Source: Octopus vulgaris (lineage: Eukaryota). From it: a stretch of DNA of 64,000 nt. Shown here piece after piece: positions 12,336 through 27,113 of the stretch. How positions within the stretch are numbered: the stretch's first letter is position 1; each line of letters begins with the position of its first letter. A model generated the notes under the pieces. The model had not been told where the DNA came from and did no database searches. It was given only the letters and a program-made list of their open reading frames with translations. Both the position numbers and the translations under genes were made by a program. Where the stretch lies: contig OX597814.1 in assembly GCA_951406725.2 (NCBI GenBank), positions 189,534,001-189,598,000 of the forward strand, read 5' to 3'.

Positions 12336-12833
12336 ACACATTACTATCTTATTTATTACAAGAAGATAAAGTATACAAAGAACACTCAAAGACGTCTAAA
12401 CTCTGTAAGCAATTTCTTATCTGTAATATCAAGAAGAACTGAGTGTTATCTATGTAAGTCTCCAGTAGCTATTGCATCTTATTGCAATATCTACAGCTGT
12501 TTTTTTTAAAATCGATAGCATGATTCAGATTATAACAATGAAGTACAAACACGGAATCACAAACCTATTACAACGGACATACAAACACACATACACAGTT
12601 ACATCCTGAACATTACGTTTGTCTGCATGCCATGCTACTCTGTAGACGGCTTGTCATCACATCTCTTGTATGGTAAGTGATTCATCAGTAAGCTGTCTTG
12701 ACTTGCCTTGTTTTCTTCTAAAAAAAGTATGCTTATTGTTCGGGTTTCGTATTATTTTCCCATGTTTTTGTTGTTTCTAGATAGGAGGGTGGATCAATGG
12801 AATATTATTTCTACGAACTTTGGGGTGCTGTCT

Positions 12834-13198
12834 TTGCTGTTGCTGTTGCTGTTGAGCGAACGGTCTTCGACCCTGTAGTGGGAGAAGTCCGAAACGTGGT
12901 CTTTTGCTATTCGTGAGACCCGCAGAAGAGAAAGCAGGTCAACCTCTGACACCGAGAGCATCGACGGATGGATGAGTGCGCATCCATGCTCAGCGGTTGC
13001 GTAGGAAGTCGGGGACAAGAAACAGGAAGAATGAGTGAGAGAAAGTTTGCGGCAAAAGAGTACAACAGCGGGTGGTCAGCACCACTCCCCGTCGGAGCTT
13101 TAGGCTCAATAAACACACACAACGCCCGGTCTGGGAATCGAAACCGCGATCCTCCGACCGCAAATCCGCTGCCCTAACCACTGGGCCATTGTGCCTCC
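12834..13198 (-). mobile_element. tRNA-head SINE family C (tail type 1, ends in (CAACAG)n)
   Basis: Head ggaggcacaatggcccagtggttagggcagcgga..ggtttcgattccc with A and B boxes. Confidence 0.85.
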
Positions 13199-13964
13199 TT
13201 GCTGTCACTGCTGTGCGTTAACTAAGTGTCACTCCAGTAACTTGTCATCACTTGTTAAGCACCCATATTAAATTTAGATATATCTATAAAATAAACAAGA
13301 ACGTTGTAAAATTCTTCTTTTAAATAACATTAAGCGATACATGTTGCGAAACATTTGCACTGTTATGCCCATTAGGCAAACCGATCCAGTTCTTGCTAGG
13401 TTTAAGTATACAATGCATAGCTGTTATGTCCAATATTTTATTTAGAGTGCAATAAAAAAAAAATAATAATGAGTGATTGCCCTCTGATAAAGTGTTTAAA
13501 AATTCCGAGAATAAACAGGCTGATCTGCTTTGTCTGCTAACAAAGAGAGAAAATAATATGTAGTTTAACCATATTGTCTAGTTTTCGCTGTGGAAACAAG
13601 AATATGTGGTGTGTGTTTATTAAGAAACACATAATGTTTGTTTACCCTGGGAAATATGCTACATAAAGCATTTGTTTATGTATGAGAGATTTATACATGT
13701 CTGTGTGTGTGTGAGTGTGTGTAAACTCATCACGTGTGTATTTGCATACGAGCGTGTCGGTGTGTGTCAGTGTAGCCATATATACTATGTGTGTGTATGT
13801 GCAGGAGCACCTGTGTGTGTGTGTGTGTGTGTGTGTTCCTGTACGCATTTATAATGTTGAGGGGTTTTAACTCTACAAACAAGAGGAACAGATCTTATTA
13901 CATGCGACAAAACGTTTTAGATTGACAACTGCATTGAGATTAAATTTTAGACATTTTAGTGGTT

Positions 13965-14340
13965 TACTCTTTTACTCTTTTACTTGTTTCAGTCATTTGA
14001 CTGCGGCCATGCTGGAGCACCGCCTTTAGTCGAGCAAATCGACCCCATGACTTATTCTTTGTAAGCCCAGTACTTATTCTATTGGTCTCTTTTGCCGAAC
14101 CGCTAAGTGACGGGGACGTAAACATCGGTTGTCAAGCAATGCTAGGGGGACAAACACAGACACACAAACACATACACACACATGCATATATATATATATA
14201 CATATATACGAAAGGTTTCTTTCAGTTTCCGTCTACCAAATTCACTCACAAGGCTTTGGTCAGCTATAGCAGAAGACACTTGCCCAAGATGCCACGCTGT
14301 GGGATTGAACCCGGAACCATGTGGTAAGTTAGCAAGCTAC
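13965..14340 (-). mobile_element. SINE A
   Basis: Family consensus match. Confidence 0.9.
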
Positions 14341-14814
14341 TCTCTTAGGAGAAAATGAATTATATATTTCTTGGGCATGTATGCATGTATTTACATGTAA
14401 TTGCGTGTAGGTGTGTGTTTGTGTCTCTACATATTGATTTATGTGTATATGTATATATACATACATTTAAGACAAGTATATTGTTCAAACATTATTTGAA
14501 GGCTATAGCGAGAAGAACTGTTATGCTAATACACACAAGCAACAAAGAAAGTTTGTTAATACGAGGGAAATTACGCAAATAACAAAGCCAATTATGCAAT
14601 TATCAAGGTGCCGTTAAGCTGAAATGAGAACTAGCAATATTTCTGTAAACTTTGGCCCTAGATCCAATATAAAGATATACAGCTAATATGAGATAAGCCA
14701 TCACTATGTAATAAAGCTATTTTGAACTTTAGATAAAGTTAAGCAAGTATTGTGTGTCTCCTACTGAAGTGTTACCAAGTTTTCTCATATACATCTCTCA
14801 TTTTCCCCTCTCTT

Positions 14815-15035
14815 ATTTCTTTATTGCCCATAAGGGGCTAAAGGCAGAGGGGACAAACAAGGACAGACAAACGGATTAAGTCGATTACATCGACCCCAGT
14901 GCGCAACTGGTTCTTAATTTATCGATCCCGAAAGAATGAAAGGCAAAGTCGACCTCGGCGGAATTTGAACTCAGAACGTAGCGGCAGACGAAATGCCGCT
15001 GAGCATACTAACGTATCTGCCAGCTCGCCGCCTTC
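14815..15035 (-). mobile_element. SINE B
   Basis: Family consensus match. Confidence 0.9.
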
Positions 15036-15366
15036 CCTTTGAACGTACTCTACATATACTTCAATGTACCAGCCATGTCATACATTGTGTGATGGTGATT
15101 TTGCTGGAAGATTACTTTAAGTGGGCGAGTATTGATATAATTAAACGATTAGCGAAATTTTCGTGAACGAACATTTGCATTATACTATTTCGAAAATGAA
15201 GCCAGATAATCTTTTTTATATATCTATTCAAATAGATATAACTGACAACAGATATGTCTTTCCATGCATATGAATTCATGAGGTTACGTGTGTATGTATA
15301 TATATATATATATATATATATGTCTGTGAGTGTTTGTTTGTGTGTGTGTGTATGTTTATGTATTTA

Positions 15367-15461
<95 letters not shown>

Positions 15462-15949
15462 GTGTATATACATAAAACTTACTTGGGAATAGATGCGTGG
15501 TGTTCATTTATATAATAATATAATATATATATATTCATATATACGTACATATATGTACATACTTACATATATATGTATATACATATGCATATATGTGTTC
15601 AGGACGTCATAGAACGTAAACAACATGAAAGTTTTATCGTAATAATTTCGGTGCGACTCTTATTCAAGTTCTCTTACCTTCTCTTTCGTTTCCTCTCTCT
15701 TCCTTTCTCTAATTCTTTTTATCTCCCCTTCTCACTCTTTCTCTAATTCTTTTCCTCTCCCCTTCACCGTCTCTATCCGTCCCTCTCTCTTCCTCACTCT
15801 TCCTCCTTTACGCTGACTATCGGCCATCTTTCTTTTCCTTACTTGAGTTTCTTTCCTTTCGATCAGCTACAGAGATAAGACAAACTCTTGTCTGTCTCCT
15901 GCCAAAGCCTTTTTCTCCAGCGTTCGCCACCTCACCTCGTTATGGATTA

Positions 15950-16240
15950 GCAGACCTTGCTGTTTGTTTACACTGCCCTGTTTTTGTTACCAACTTTGAC
16001 CCTCCACAAATCCCAAATTTTATTTAATTTGTTTTGCAGGAGCAACTGTTTTGACGAAGGCGCATCTTATCGTAATTGCTCGAAATGCGGAGTAGATAAA
16101 ACAGCCTACAACTGACAAAAGGCTGTTCTTTATGTTATTTGTCTTGTTTTCCATTTGTTTTTTCGTTGTTCACAAAAAACTTCGTATTCCATGTTTTCGT
16201 TTTTCGTATATCATGTTGTTTACGGTCTATGACTCCTGTA
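15950..16240 (+). mobile_element. Unclassified repeat, probably a decayed Penelope-like terminal unit; homologous to 22830-23145
   Basis: Shares cccaaat(c/t)ttatttaatttg..tttgc..gga..actgttt..acgaag..gcat..cggagtagat..aaacag with the 22.9 kb copy. Confidence 0.5.
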
Positions 16241-16369
16241 CCCATATTTGCATATGCATATACATATATAAGTAGGTATGTATATACATGTACCTATATA
16301 TGCATATATATTATTTATGTATATATACGTGTGTGTGTGTGTGTAAGTTTTTTATCATGTATGATGCAA

Positions 16370-16462
16370 TTACACTGGGGTCGATGTAATCGACTTAATC
16401 CCTTTGTCTGTCCTTGTTTGTCCCCTCTGCCTTTAGCCCCTTATGGGCAATAAAGAAATAAG
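16370..16462 (+). mobile_element. SINE B 3' fragment
   Basis: cactggggtcgatgtaatcgacttaatcc...gggcaataaagaaata. Confidence 0.85.
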
Positions 16463-16694
16463 AGATTATATGATTATGCATGACCCTATCATAAGAGTAT
16501 ATCGTCTGGGTCAATATATTCATATATTCATCTTAATATTGGAAGAGGTATATATGTAAAATGTAGCTGAGATTATTATCGTTTTTATATGAATATATAT
16601 ATATATGTGTGTGTGTGTATATATATATAAACATACATATATATAAAGACATATATACACACACACATATATATATGTATGTATATATATATAC

Positions 16695-16734
<40 letters not shown>

Positions 16735-16746
16735 ATATATATGTAT

Positions 16747-16810
<64 letters not shown>

Positions 16811-16814
16811 GGTG

Positions 16815-17057
16815 CAAGTGGCTGTGCGCTCTACAGATACCTGTAATCTTAACGTAGTTCTGAGGGAGATTCAGCGTGACACATGGTGCAACAGGGATGG
16901 CCCTGTGGAATACAAGTGCTACTCATTTTTGCCACCTGAGTGAACTGGAGCAACGTGAAATAAAGCGTCTTTCTCAAGGACACAACCCGTTGCTGGGAAT
17001 TGAACTAATGACCTTACAATCATGAGTTGAGTACCCTAACCACTAAGCTACGCGCTT
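16815..17057 (-). mobile_element. SINE D carrying the tail also seen on SINE C at 21050-21145
   Basis: Head plus core actggagcaacgtgaaataaagcgtctttctcaaggacacaac; tail ttaacgtagttct..gattcagcgtgacac. Confidence 0.75.
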
Positions 17058-17099
17058 TAACATACATACACATATACATACATAAATACATACAAATAT

Positions 17100-17515
17100 A
17101 TTCTTTTACTCTTTACTATTTTACTTGTTTCAGTCATTTGACTGTGGCCATGCTGGAGCACCGCCTTTATTCGAGCAAATCAACCTCAGGACTTATTCTT
17201 TGTAAGCCTAGTATTTATTCTATCGGTCTGTTTTGCTGAACCGCTAAGTTACGAGGACGTAAACACACCAGCTTCGGTTGTTAAGCGATGCTGGGGGAAC
17301 AAACACAGACGCTCAAACATATACACACATACATATATATATACATAGATATATACGACGGGCTTCTTTCAGTTTCCGTCTACCAAATCCACTCACAAGG
17401 CGTTAGTCGACCTGAACATATAGAAGAAGACCCTTGCTCAAGCTGCCACGCAGTGGGACTGAACCCAGAACCATGTGGTTCGTAAGCAAGCTATTTACCA
17501 CACAGCCACTCCTGC
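17100..17515 (-). mobile_element. SINE A
   Basis: Family consensus match. Confidence 0.9.
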
Positions 17516-18081
17516 ATGCATATATATATTATGCACACAGATACACACCATATAAACACATGTACATACATGTGTATGCACATATACAAACACTCACAAA
17601 CACGCATGTAGATTTAGATCGTGGGATGTAGATGTGAAGAGTATAATCAAATGATGATGATGATAATGATGATGATGATGATACCATAGGTGTTCAAACG
17701 AATACCTGTTTTACATATACCAATACAGAACCACAGATGCATTACATGTGACTTGTACATCAAACTTTACAAGACGATTCCTCTGCCTACATTAAAGAAA
17801 ACTCTACAGAGAAGTATGAGGTATGAAAAAGAATACGGTAGTATTATTGTCAGTAAATTGGTAAATGATCCATCATATGGAGGTGAGCAGACATAGAGAG
17901 TCTAACGAGCTTTGTCGGTGTGCAATTAACGGATCTTCCAATGTACACAATAGAGCCTTTTTGCCTCTGGTACAACAGTATGAAGAAGTAGACGAGTGAA
18001 TGTATTATGAACGTGTGTATTTGTGTGTGTTTTGCGTGTGTATATGATATGTGTTTGCCTGTATGTCTTGCGTATGTATTT

Positions 18082-18115
<34 letters not shown>

Positions 18116-18132
18116 GTACGTATAAATGTATG

Positions 18133-18177
<45 letters not shown>

Positions 18178-18233
18178 CTATATATATATATACGTATGCA
18201 TATGTATGTATATATATATATATATATATATAC

Positions 18234-18286
<53 letters not shown>

Positions 18287-18442
18287 ATACTACATACAGT
18301 ACATTATACATATTGATAAGTATAACATATGTACATGTTTAAATATATATATATATACACACACATGTATATTTACATATATATTTTTACATGCATACAT
18401 GTATGCAAGCACTCAGATTCACGCGTATTCACACACATATGC

Positions 18443-18480
<38 letters not shown>

Positions 18481-19066
18481 GCACACAAACAGTGAGAGAG
18501 AGACAGATAGGGAAGAGGATAGAAAAGGCAGGAGATGGGGAGGAGGAGGAGGAGGAGGAGGAGGAAGAGATGTACGTGCATTTACATTAAAGAGTTGGCA
18601 TCTAATGATTCTGCTAAATAAGACTGAATGTGATTAAGATCAAGTCATTGCGATAGACTGAAAGAAGGGGAGAAAGTGAAAGTAAATGAAACGCTGTAGT
18701 ATATAAGGAATGGTGAGTGGGGAGGGTGGAGAACGAAAGAGGGACTGAGAAGGATGTAAAGAACGACGAGAAGGAAGAAGAAAATAAGGGAATAAACTAT
18801 GAATGAACTTGCAATAGGGGCAGCTTCCCGCTGAATAAAAAGGGGGTGGGTAGTGTGCTGAACGTACAAAAATATATGGTACAGTTTGCCAGATTGCATG
18901 AAATATAGTGAAAACGTTGCTTTGAAAGCATTAGCTTGCACAAGAGTGTATATATATATGTTCGTTGTATGGGGATGGGGCGTGCGCACGTGTGTGTATC
19001 CATATATACAGATACCTACAAATACACCCACCCACACACGAACACATATACGTATGGTGGTATATA

Positions 19067-19493
19067 TATACTCTTTACTCTTTTACTTGTTTCAGTCATT
19101 TGACTGCGGCCATGCTGGAGCACCGCCTTTAATCGAGCAACTCGACCCCGGAACTTATTCTTTTTGTAAGCCCAGTACTTATTTTATCGGTCTGTTTTGC
19201 CGAACCGCTAAGTTACGGGGACGTAAACACACCAGCATCGGTTGTCAAGCAATGCTAGGGGAACAAACACAGACACACAAACACACACACACATACACAC
19301 ACATATATATATATATATATACATATATACGACAGGCTTCTTTCAGTTTCCGTCTACCAAATCCACTCACAAGGCATTGGTCGGCCCGGGGCTATAGCAG
19401 AAGACACTTGCCCAAGATGCCACGCAGTGGGACTGAACCCGGAACCATGTGGTTGGTTAGCAAGCTACTTACCATACAGCCACTCCTGCGCCT
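19067..19493 (-). mobile_element. SINE A, full-length, low divergence
   Basis: Family consensus match. Confidence 0.9.
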
Positions 19494-19939
19494 ATATAAG
19501 TCATTGTTTTTCATTTCCAAATTGATTCCTGTCGAATTTTATCCCAAATTTTTGTGGTTATGGAACCTAGCTGTTCTTTCTAGCGTGTAGAAATCCCTAT
19601 AAGTAGATTCCTTATGTGCTTAAATATACGCTATATCGTATGACTAATATATAGTCTTTTTGACTAAATCTTTTTACACGTTAGACCACTGGAAATGTAA
19701 ATTTTAATTAAATTTTTTAAAATTATAATTAAATTCCATTTCCGTTTGATATACATATATATATATATACACTAGCTTACACGCACGCTTGCACACGCTT
19801 ACTTACAAAGACAGAAACACACATTTGCACACACAATCGTATAGGTATGTATATGTATCTACACAGGTATATGTAAAAATTCTCATATACTCATAGACAC
19901 ACGCGTATACATACAGACATACATATTTACATATATGTA

Positions 19940-19995
<56 letters not shown>

Positions 19996-20421
19996 TGTGA
20001 CCACAAATGCGGTTTAAAATTTACAAGTACTTCGGTAGAATCTTATTGATGGTTGTAAGTAATTATCCAGAAATGTTCGTTTCGTTTGAAACCATCGAGT
20101 TATTATCACACCTGCTTATATCTGTTTAAAAATTTATCTGAAGATGGTGGATTATATGCTATGATGCAAAATACTACATGAACAAAATACTACCGCAAAA
20201 CGTGCAAATTTGAAGCCCCATTTGTGATTTTTAGACTTACGCCTAACCTAGAACCAACTCTCAGACGGCTTTACAGTTTAAATAGGATTTGGTACCAATA
20301 TAGCTACAGTATTCTACCAACACATGATACCTTCATGGATTTTTTACCTTACTGTAAACTTCATTACTGTACCTAGTCATTTCTAGCGTCCTACGTGTTG
20401 AAATGTCGAGATTCTAATGAA

Positions 20422-20730
20422 TGACCATGGGATTGCACCTAGAAAGATACCCTCCGAGGCACAAGTCCGAACAAGGTTGTTTATGGAAGACCAGAAGTCG
20501 CCCATGCGTACCAACCTCCACTCTCCACGCCACCAGAGTTACCCAAAGAAAAGCAAAGGCCGATACAGCTTGGCACCAGTGACATCATAACAAATTTCTG
20601 CAGTTGAGGGAACTGGAGCAATGTGAAATAAAGTGTCTTGCTCAAGAACACAACATACAGCCCTGTCCGGGAATCGAACTCACTACCTCATGCTTGTAAG
20701 CCCGACACACTAACCACTGAGCCACGCGCC
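20422..20730 (-). mobile_element. SINE D with a distinct tail
   Basis: Head ggcgcgtggctcagtggttagtgtg..gagttcgattcccgg; unique 3' segment at 20422-20600. Confidence 0.75.
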
Positions 20731-20843
20731 TTATGTATGTATACATACACGCACGCACATACACATATCGATAGAAAGATAGATGCATCATATATTAATA
20801 TGAAGATGTGTATGTATATGTGTGTATGTGTATATCTAAGAGT

Positions 20844-21227
20844 GGAGGCGCAATGGCCCAGTGGTTAGGGCAGCGGACTCGTGGTCATAGGATCGCGGTT
20901 TCGATTCCCAGACCGGGCGTTGTGAGTGTTTATTGAGCGAAAACACCTAAAAGCTCCACGAGGCTCCGGCAGGGGATGGTGGTGATCCCTGCTGTACTCT
21001 TTCACCACAACTTTCTCTCACTCTTACTTCCTGTTTCTGTTGTGCCTGTATTTCAAGGGGCCGGCCTTGTTACTCTCTGTGTCACGTTGAATATCCCCGA
21101 GAACTACGTTAAGGGTGCACGTGTCTGTGGAGTACTCAGCCACTTACACGTTAATTTCACGAGCAGGCTGTTCTGTTGATTCGGATCAACCGGAACCCTC
21201 ATCGTCGTAACCGACGGAGTGCTTCCA
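20844..21227 (+). mobile_element. SINE C (tail type 2)
   Basis: Head ggaggcgcaatggcccagtggttagggcagcggactcg..ggtttcgattccc. Confidence 0.85.
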
Positions 21228-21440
21228 TTGCCTACAAGGGGCTAAACATAGAGGGGACAAACAAAGACAGTCAAAGGGATTAAGTCGATTACATCGACCG
21301 ACCCCAGTGCGTAACTGGTACTTAATTTATCGACCCCAAAAGGATGAAAGGCAAAGAGGACCTTGGCGGAATTTGAACTCAGAACGTAACCGCTAAGCAT
21401 TTCGCCCGGCGTGCTAACGTTTCTGCCAGCTCGCCGCCTT
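21228..21440 (-). mobile_element. SINE B
   Basis: Family consensus match; abuts the SINE C tail and a SINE D head (21445-21565). Confidence 0.85.
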
Positions 21441-22029
21441 GTTTTTTGGAGCAACGTGAAATGAAGTGTTTTGTTCAAGAACACAACGCGTCGCCCGGTC
21501 CAGGAATCGAAACAGCAATCTTACGATCATGATCCTGACGTCTTAACCATTGTCACGCGCATCCACTTTTAACTACTATTTCTAGAAAACCAAAGTCCCA
21601 TTGAGAGCCTCCTTGCCTGGTTTAGCGTGTCTTTGTGTATGGGTAGAAAATGGCGTTATGTTTCTGTGCGTTGTATGTTTGCGTGCGTGTTTGTGTGCGT
21701 GTGTGTGTGTGTGTGTATGTGTGTGTGTGCATGTATGCGTGTGTATGTCTGTTTTTATTATTTTGAAGTCAAAGAGACGGTTTGAAAACGTAATTATATC
21801 CGACATTCCCTGTAGTATGTTGGGCGTCACTTTGTGATAAGGCGGTCCAAAACGTATAACCGGAACTTACGTCATAATTACCTTATGCGTTTCTCCCTCC
21901 GTTTGGTAATTAGTGGCTTTATAAGTAATTTGCGAAAGTAAGCGCTCCCAGTTTGATAAGATCAAGGAATTTTCCTTCCTTTGTAAGTATAGCCACATCA
22001 GAAAAAGTAAACATATAAACACACACATA

Positions 22030-22430
<401 letters not shown>

Positions 22431-22433
22431 ACA

Positions 22434-22466
<33 letters not shown>

Positions 22467-23210
22467 ATTTGTGTGTGTGCGTGTCTGTGTTTCCACATTC
22501 ATATACATAGATACAAATGTTATATATTCACATAATGATACATATGTAGACCACAAACACACTCACACGCATCATACACTACAGTCTAGAGAAATTAGTT
22601 CACAACACAAAATCTCCGAATATTTCCTAAAGAAGCGGTCATAACCCCGAAATATCGAAATGCTTTGTATTTCGACAGAAATCGTCGAGTACAAATCATC
22701 GAGCTTTACTATTTCATATAACTCATATCGTTTTCCTTTTATAAGATAAGACGTGCTTTCACCAGTCTCTTCGCTTAGCTCGTCTTTCCAGCGTTCATAA
22801 TAATTCTTCACATCGTCTTGGCTTAACAACCCTCACCGTTTGTTTTTACTGTCTTGTTTTCACTGTCCTGTTTTTGTTTACTGCTTTCATCCTCCGCAAA
22901 AAAACCCCCAAATCTTATTTAATTTGCTTTGCGGGAAGGACTGTTTCAACGAAGTCGCATATTGTCCTTACCTTCGATAAACGGAGTAGATGAAACAGAG
23001 ACAACAGATGAAGTGGAATATTCTTTATGTTGCATGCCTCGTTTCTGTATTTTTTTCTTTTTCGTTGTTTGAAAAAAAGTTCGTTTCTATGTTTTTGTCT
23101 TTATGTTTTCGTTTTCTCATTGTGTCTACGTTTTTTGATGTCCGTAGACATATATGCATGTATATATACACATATATATGTACGTATGTACATGTATGTA
23201 TGTATATATG

Positions 23211-23263
<53 letters not shown>

Positions 23264-23269
23264 CGGGAA

Positions 23270-25325
23270 TCTTTATGAAAATAAACAAAAGACGAAGGCA
23301 GGTGGAATACAAACAAACAATTGTATTAGTATGGCGCTCAGGAATATAAATAAAACAAGTCTTTTACGTTTCGAGCCTACGCTCTTCAACAGAAAGATAC
23401 ACAGAAAAGAAACACAGAAAGAAACAAGGAGAGAAAAAAATGCGTGCAGAGGCTAGCGAATCAACATGGCGATATATATATATATATATAAAACAAAAGA
23501 CGAAGACAAGAGCAACAAGTAGGTGTATTAGTTTAATGCTGGGGAAAAATGGAAAAGTCTTTGAAGTTTCGAGCCTACGCTCTTTGACAGTAAAGATTAA
23601 GTAAACAATTTTTTAAAAAAACAGAGAGAACGAAGAAAAGTGGAGAGAGAAAAATGTGCAGGGTCTAACGGTTCAACATGATGAGATGGCCAGAAGAAAG
23701 AGGTTGAATGAAAGGGAGATAATAACTATGACCCGGATGAACTACTGTGCAGAAGTGCGTCCGTGTATGTGAGAATTTGTGTGTGTGAGTGTGTGTGAAT
23801 GGGGGCGTGTGCGTGAGTAAGTATGTGTGGGAGAGCTTAAAATTGTGTGGGCTTATGTGTGTGTTTGTGTATAAGTAACCCAGTGCGTACGCTATGTAGA
23901 TTGATGTGCGTTTCATGTACTGATGTGTATGTGTGTATGTACATCTGGAGCTGTGTGCATATGTGTGGGGTTATCATGTGTGTATGCAAACCCATGGGCC
24001 TGTGTATGTGTGTGTGTGTGTGTGTACAAATAACCTAGTGTATGTGTTGTGTGGAGTGATGTGCGTTTTGTGTATTTGTGTGTTTGTGTATGTGTGCATA
24101 TGGACGTGTGAATATGTTTGGCGAGTGTTTGTTTGTTTGTTTTTGTGTGTGTATGTGTGTGTGCGTGTGCAAACGCTTGTGTTTGCCAGCTGTTGTGTGC
24201 TTGTTCAGGTGGTGTGTGCTCGTTTGTGTGTGTATGTGTGTGTATGTGACCCTAAAGTCTGTGTGTCTGTATATCGTGTACTTGTGTGCAAAATTTGTAT
24301 GTGTTTATGCGTGGTGCGTGTGTATGTGTATATTCTGTGTACAGGCGTTTTGTGCTTTTTGGTGTGAATACTACGTGTTGTGGGGGGAAATGCATAGAGG
24401 TATGAGATGGGATAGTGCTGAAGTGAGGTGGGGTAGAGGTTAGAGGTGATGGCCTGGGGTAAGAGGAAGTGGAACAGAGGTGAAGGGGAGTGAGATAGGA
24501 GAGGTGAGAGGGAGCGAGGGGAGGTGGGATGAGGTGAAGGGAGGTGGAGACAGGCAGGTTTGGGTGCTAGCATATGTGGTGTGGGAAAGTGTGTGTGAAT
24601 GCATGTACATGTGAATGTGTGTGGGGGTGGGATGGGGTGGGTGAGGGTGTGGAGTGTGCATAAGGGTGTGTGGTGTGTATACTGAGTTGTACAGGGTGTG
24701 GGGATGTTTGTATAGTGGTGTGTGTGTGGTGCCGATATTGAAGAGTGTGTGTGTGTTTGGATAATGGTGTGTGGGTTGGGTACTGAGAGGTGTTGGATGC
24801 GAGTTTGTATGAAGTGGGAAGGTGTGTGTGGGTTTATACGTAATGATGTATGATGTGAGTACTGTGTTGAATGGTGTGTATGGCTGTTTGTATAGTGGTC
24901 TGTGTGGTGAGGATACCGAGTTGAACGGTGTGTATGTGTGGGGTGGAGAGGAAGGGCATTTGCATGTGGTAGGTGTGTGGGAATCTGTGTGGGATTGGTG
25001 TTAGATGAAGAGAGCTGACCAATTGAGACCGAAAGGAGAGATAGAATGATAGGAGAAAATTAATGACTGTTCACGACGAAGGTGGGAGTCATGATGGCCT
25101 CTATACAGAGATAGTCCGAATATAGACGGGAGTGTCATTGTCTGACGTCATGGAGGTCCTCAGTGAACCGGTCAGCCAAGCGACATCCCGTTTGACCAAT
25201 GTACAAGGAAGGACAGAAAGAGCAGGAGATATAGTAGATAACATTACTGGATGTGCAGGTAAACGAGTTGGTGATGCGATAAGAATTGGTGATAGGAACC
25301 AGTGAGAATAGTCTTTCAATTTCCC
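23270..25325 (-). mobile_element. Penelope-like retroelement 3' part: GIY-YIG C-terminus, AC-rich spacer, two tandem terminal units
   Basis: ORF remnant at 25325-25001, a CA-rich low-complexity tract at ~23760-25000, then hammerhead-family units at 23480-23690 and 23270-23475. Confidence 0.7.
25001..25325 (-). pseudogene. Penelope-type GIY-YIG endonuclease domain remnant
   Basis: YRITNSFTCTSSNVIYYISCSFCPSLYIGQTGCRLADRFTE ... HLRREQSLIFSYHSISPFGLN. Contains the VIY..C..C..YIGQT..R..RF.E and E..LIF...P.GLN motifs. Confidence 0.85.
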
Positions 25326-25498
25326 TCAACCAGATACATTCACAAGGTTTTGGTCTACCCGAAGCTAGAGTAGAAGACACTTGCTACCACGCAGCGGGAC
25401 TGAACCTGGAACCATGTGATTGGGAATCATGCTTCTTACTATACATCCTGGCCTGCGCGTATATATTTGTGTGTGTGTGTATGTGCGCGCGTGTGTAA

Positions 25499-25550
<52 letters not shown>

Positions 25551-25557
25551 GTATGTG

Positions 25558-25718
<161 letters not shown>

Positions 25719-26346
25719 ATGTATATTTATAAATATATATACGTATGTAGTTATTTATATATATCTGCACAGACAGATAAATAAATAACAAATATGCAGT
25801 GGGTTTTTCAAGTACTTCAAAAGGTGATAGAGTAAATTGAGCGCTTCTTACAAGTCCGGTTAAAAAACTGGGTTAAAATCCTGAGTGAAAAGAAGAAAAT
25901 CGGTGAACTGCAAATCATAAAATTGTAAAACTGCTACTGCATTCGTCAGGGGCATGACAGTTTATTCCCACGCCTACCTCACTCCCTCTATTACCTACCC
26001 GCCCTTATTGGATCTTCGAACTATCGTTTTCTTTCTTCTATTCAATAAATGGCCTTTTCGTACCTTTTTATGAACTTAACTAACCATACCTGCTTATTCA
26101 CACAAACATATATATACAGTTATACAAACAAATTCGCACGCCACACGCATGCATGCACACGCACATATAATTTGTATTTGCTACATATGCTTGTGGGTTT
26201 CTCTGTTGATATATCTGTGTTTGTGTGGGGCGTGTGTGTGTGTATGACCGATTTTTCAATTATTTTGCAGGTATTTGTTTAATCAATACAATAGATGACA
26301 ATTGGACAACTCTGGGCGTTTCTTTCGGGACGCATTGTGTATGTTT

Positions 26347-26398
<52 letters not shown>

Positions 26399-26426
26399 TC
26401 ACACACATAAATACACATTTAAACAG

Positions 26427-26597
<171 letters not shown>

Positions 26598-26935
26598 TGT
26601 GTATGTGTGTATATATGTATGTATTTATGTATGGAAAGGTATACATGTGTGCCTGCGTCTGTCTGTCTGTGTGTCGGATCATGAACACGGATATTCTCAT
26701 ATTTTGACCGAATTATTTACCTGTTCAATATCTCTTTGACGTAAATAAATAGAATGTTTTGTCTAAAATGTAGTGCTATCCAAATAAAAACAGTTCTGTG
26801 CTTAATGACCAAATATTACTTGTTGTTTTTTTTTTGCTTGCTTCTTTTTACTTGGGGCACTCTAGTAACTCCAAAGAAGTCAGTGGGTTGATCAGCACGT
26901 AAATACTTTTTTTTTATCTGGCTTTTTTTTTTCAG

Positions 26936-27113
26936 TAACTGGTGACGTTGGAGACGGAGAGAGGAACAATTCCTGCTTTGCCACTCAAATTACTTTATCA
27001 GACAAGAGAACGGAGATCCTGGACCAAATATTTGCAAATGAAAGAACTCCACTGAAACCACTCAAGTGCTAAATGATGTCTCCTCTGGAGATATATAAAT
27101 ACAGAAGAACCAA
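26936..27113 (+). other. Candidate exon in unique sequence (possibly containing a start codon)
   Basis: Long T-tract + CAG acceptor at 26935 and AA|GTAAGG donor at 27114. ATG at 27073 reads MMSPLEIYKYRRT to the donor. No homology recognised. Confidence 0.25.

Noticed and set aside
17690-17820. Possible exon (AG...GAG|gtatga)
   Set aside because: No polypyrimidine tract and no recognisable protein.
18886-19590. 234-aa ORF and similar recurrent [14 protein letters not shown] / RLPNPLTR peptides
   Set aside because: Antisense read-through of SINE A; the recurrence reflects repeat copies.
20844-20920. Possible tRNA gene
   Set aside because: The tRNA-like A/B boxes continue into a SINE body shared by several copies, and no proper acceptor stem or terminator is evident.
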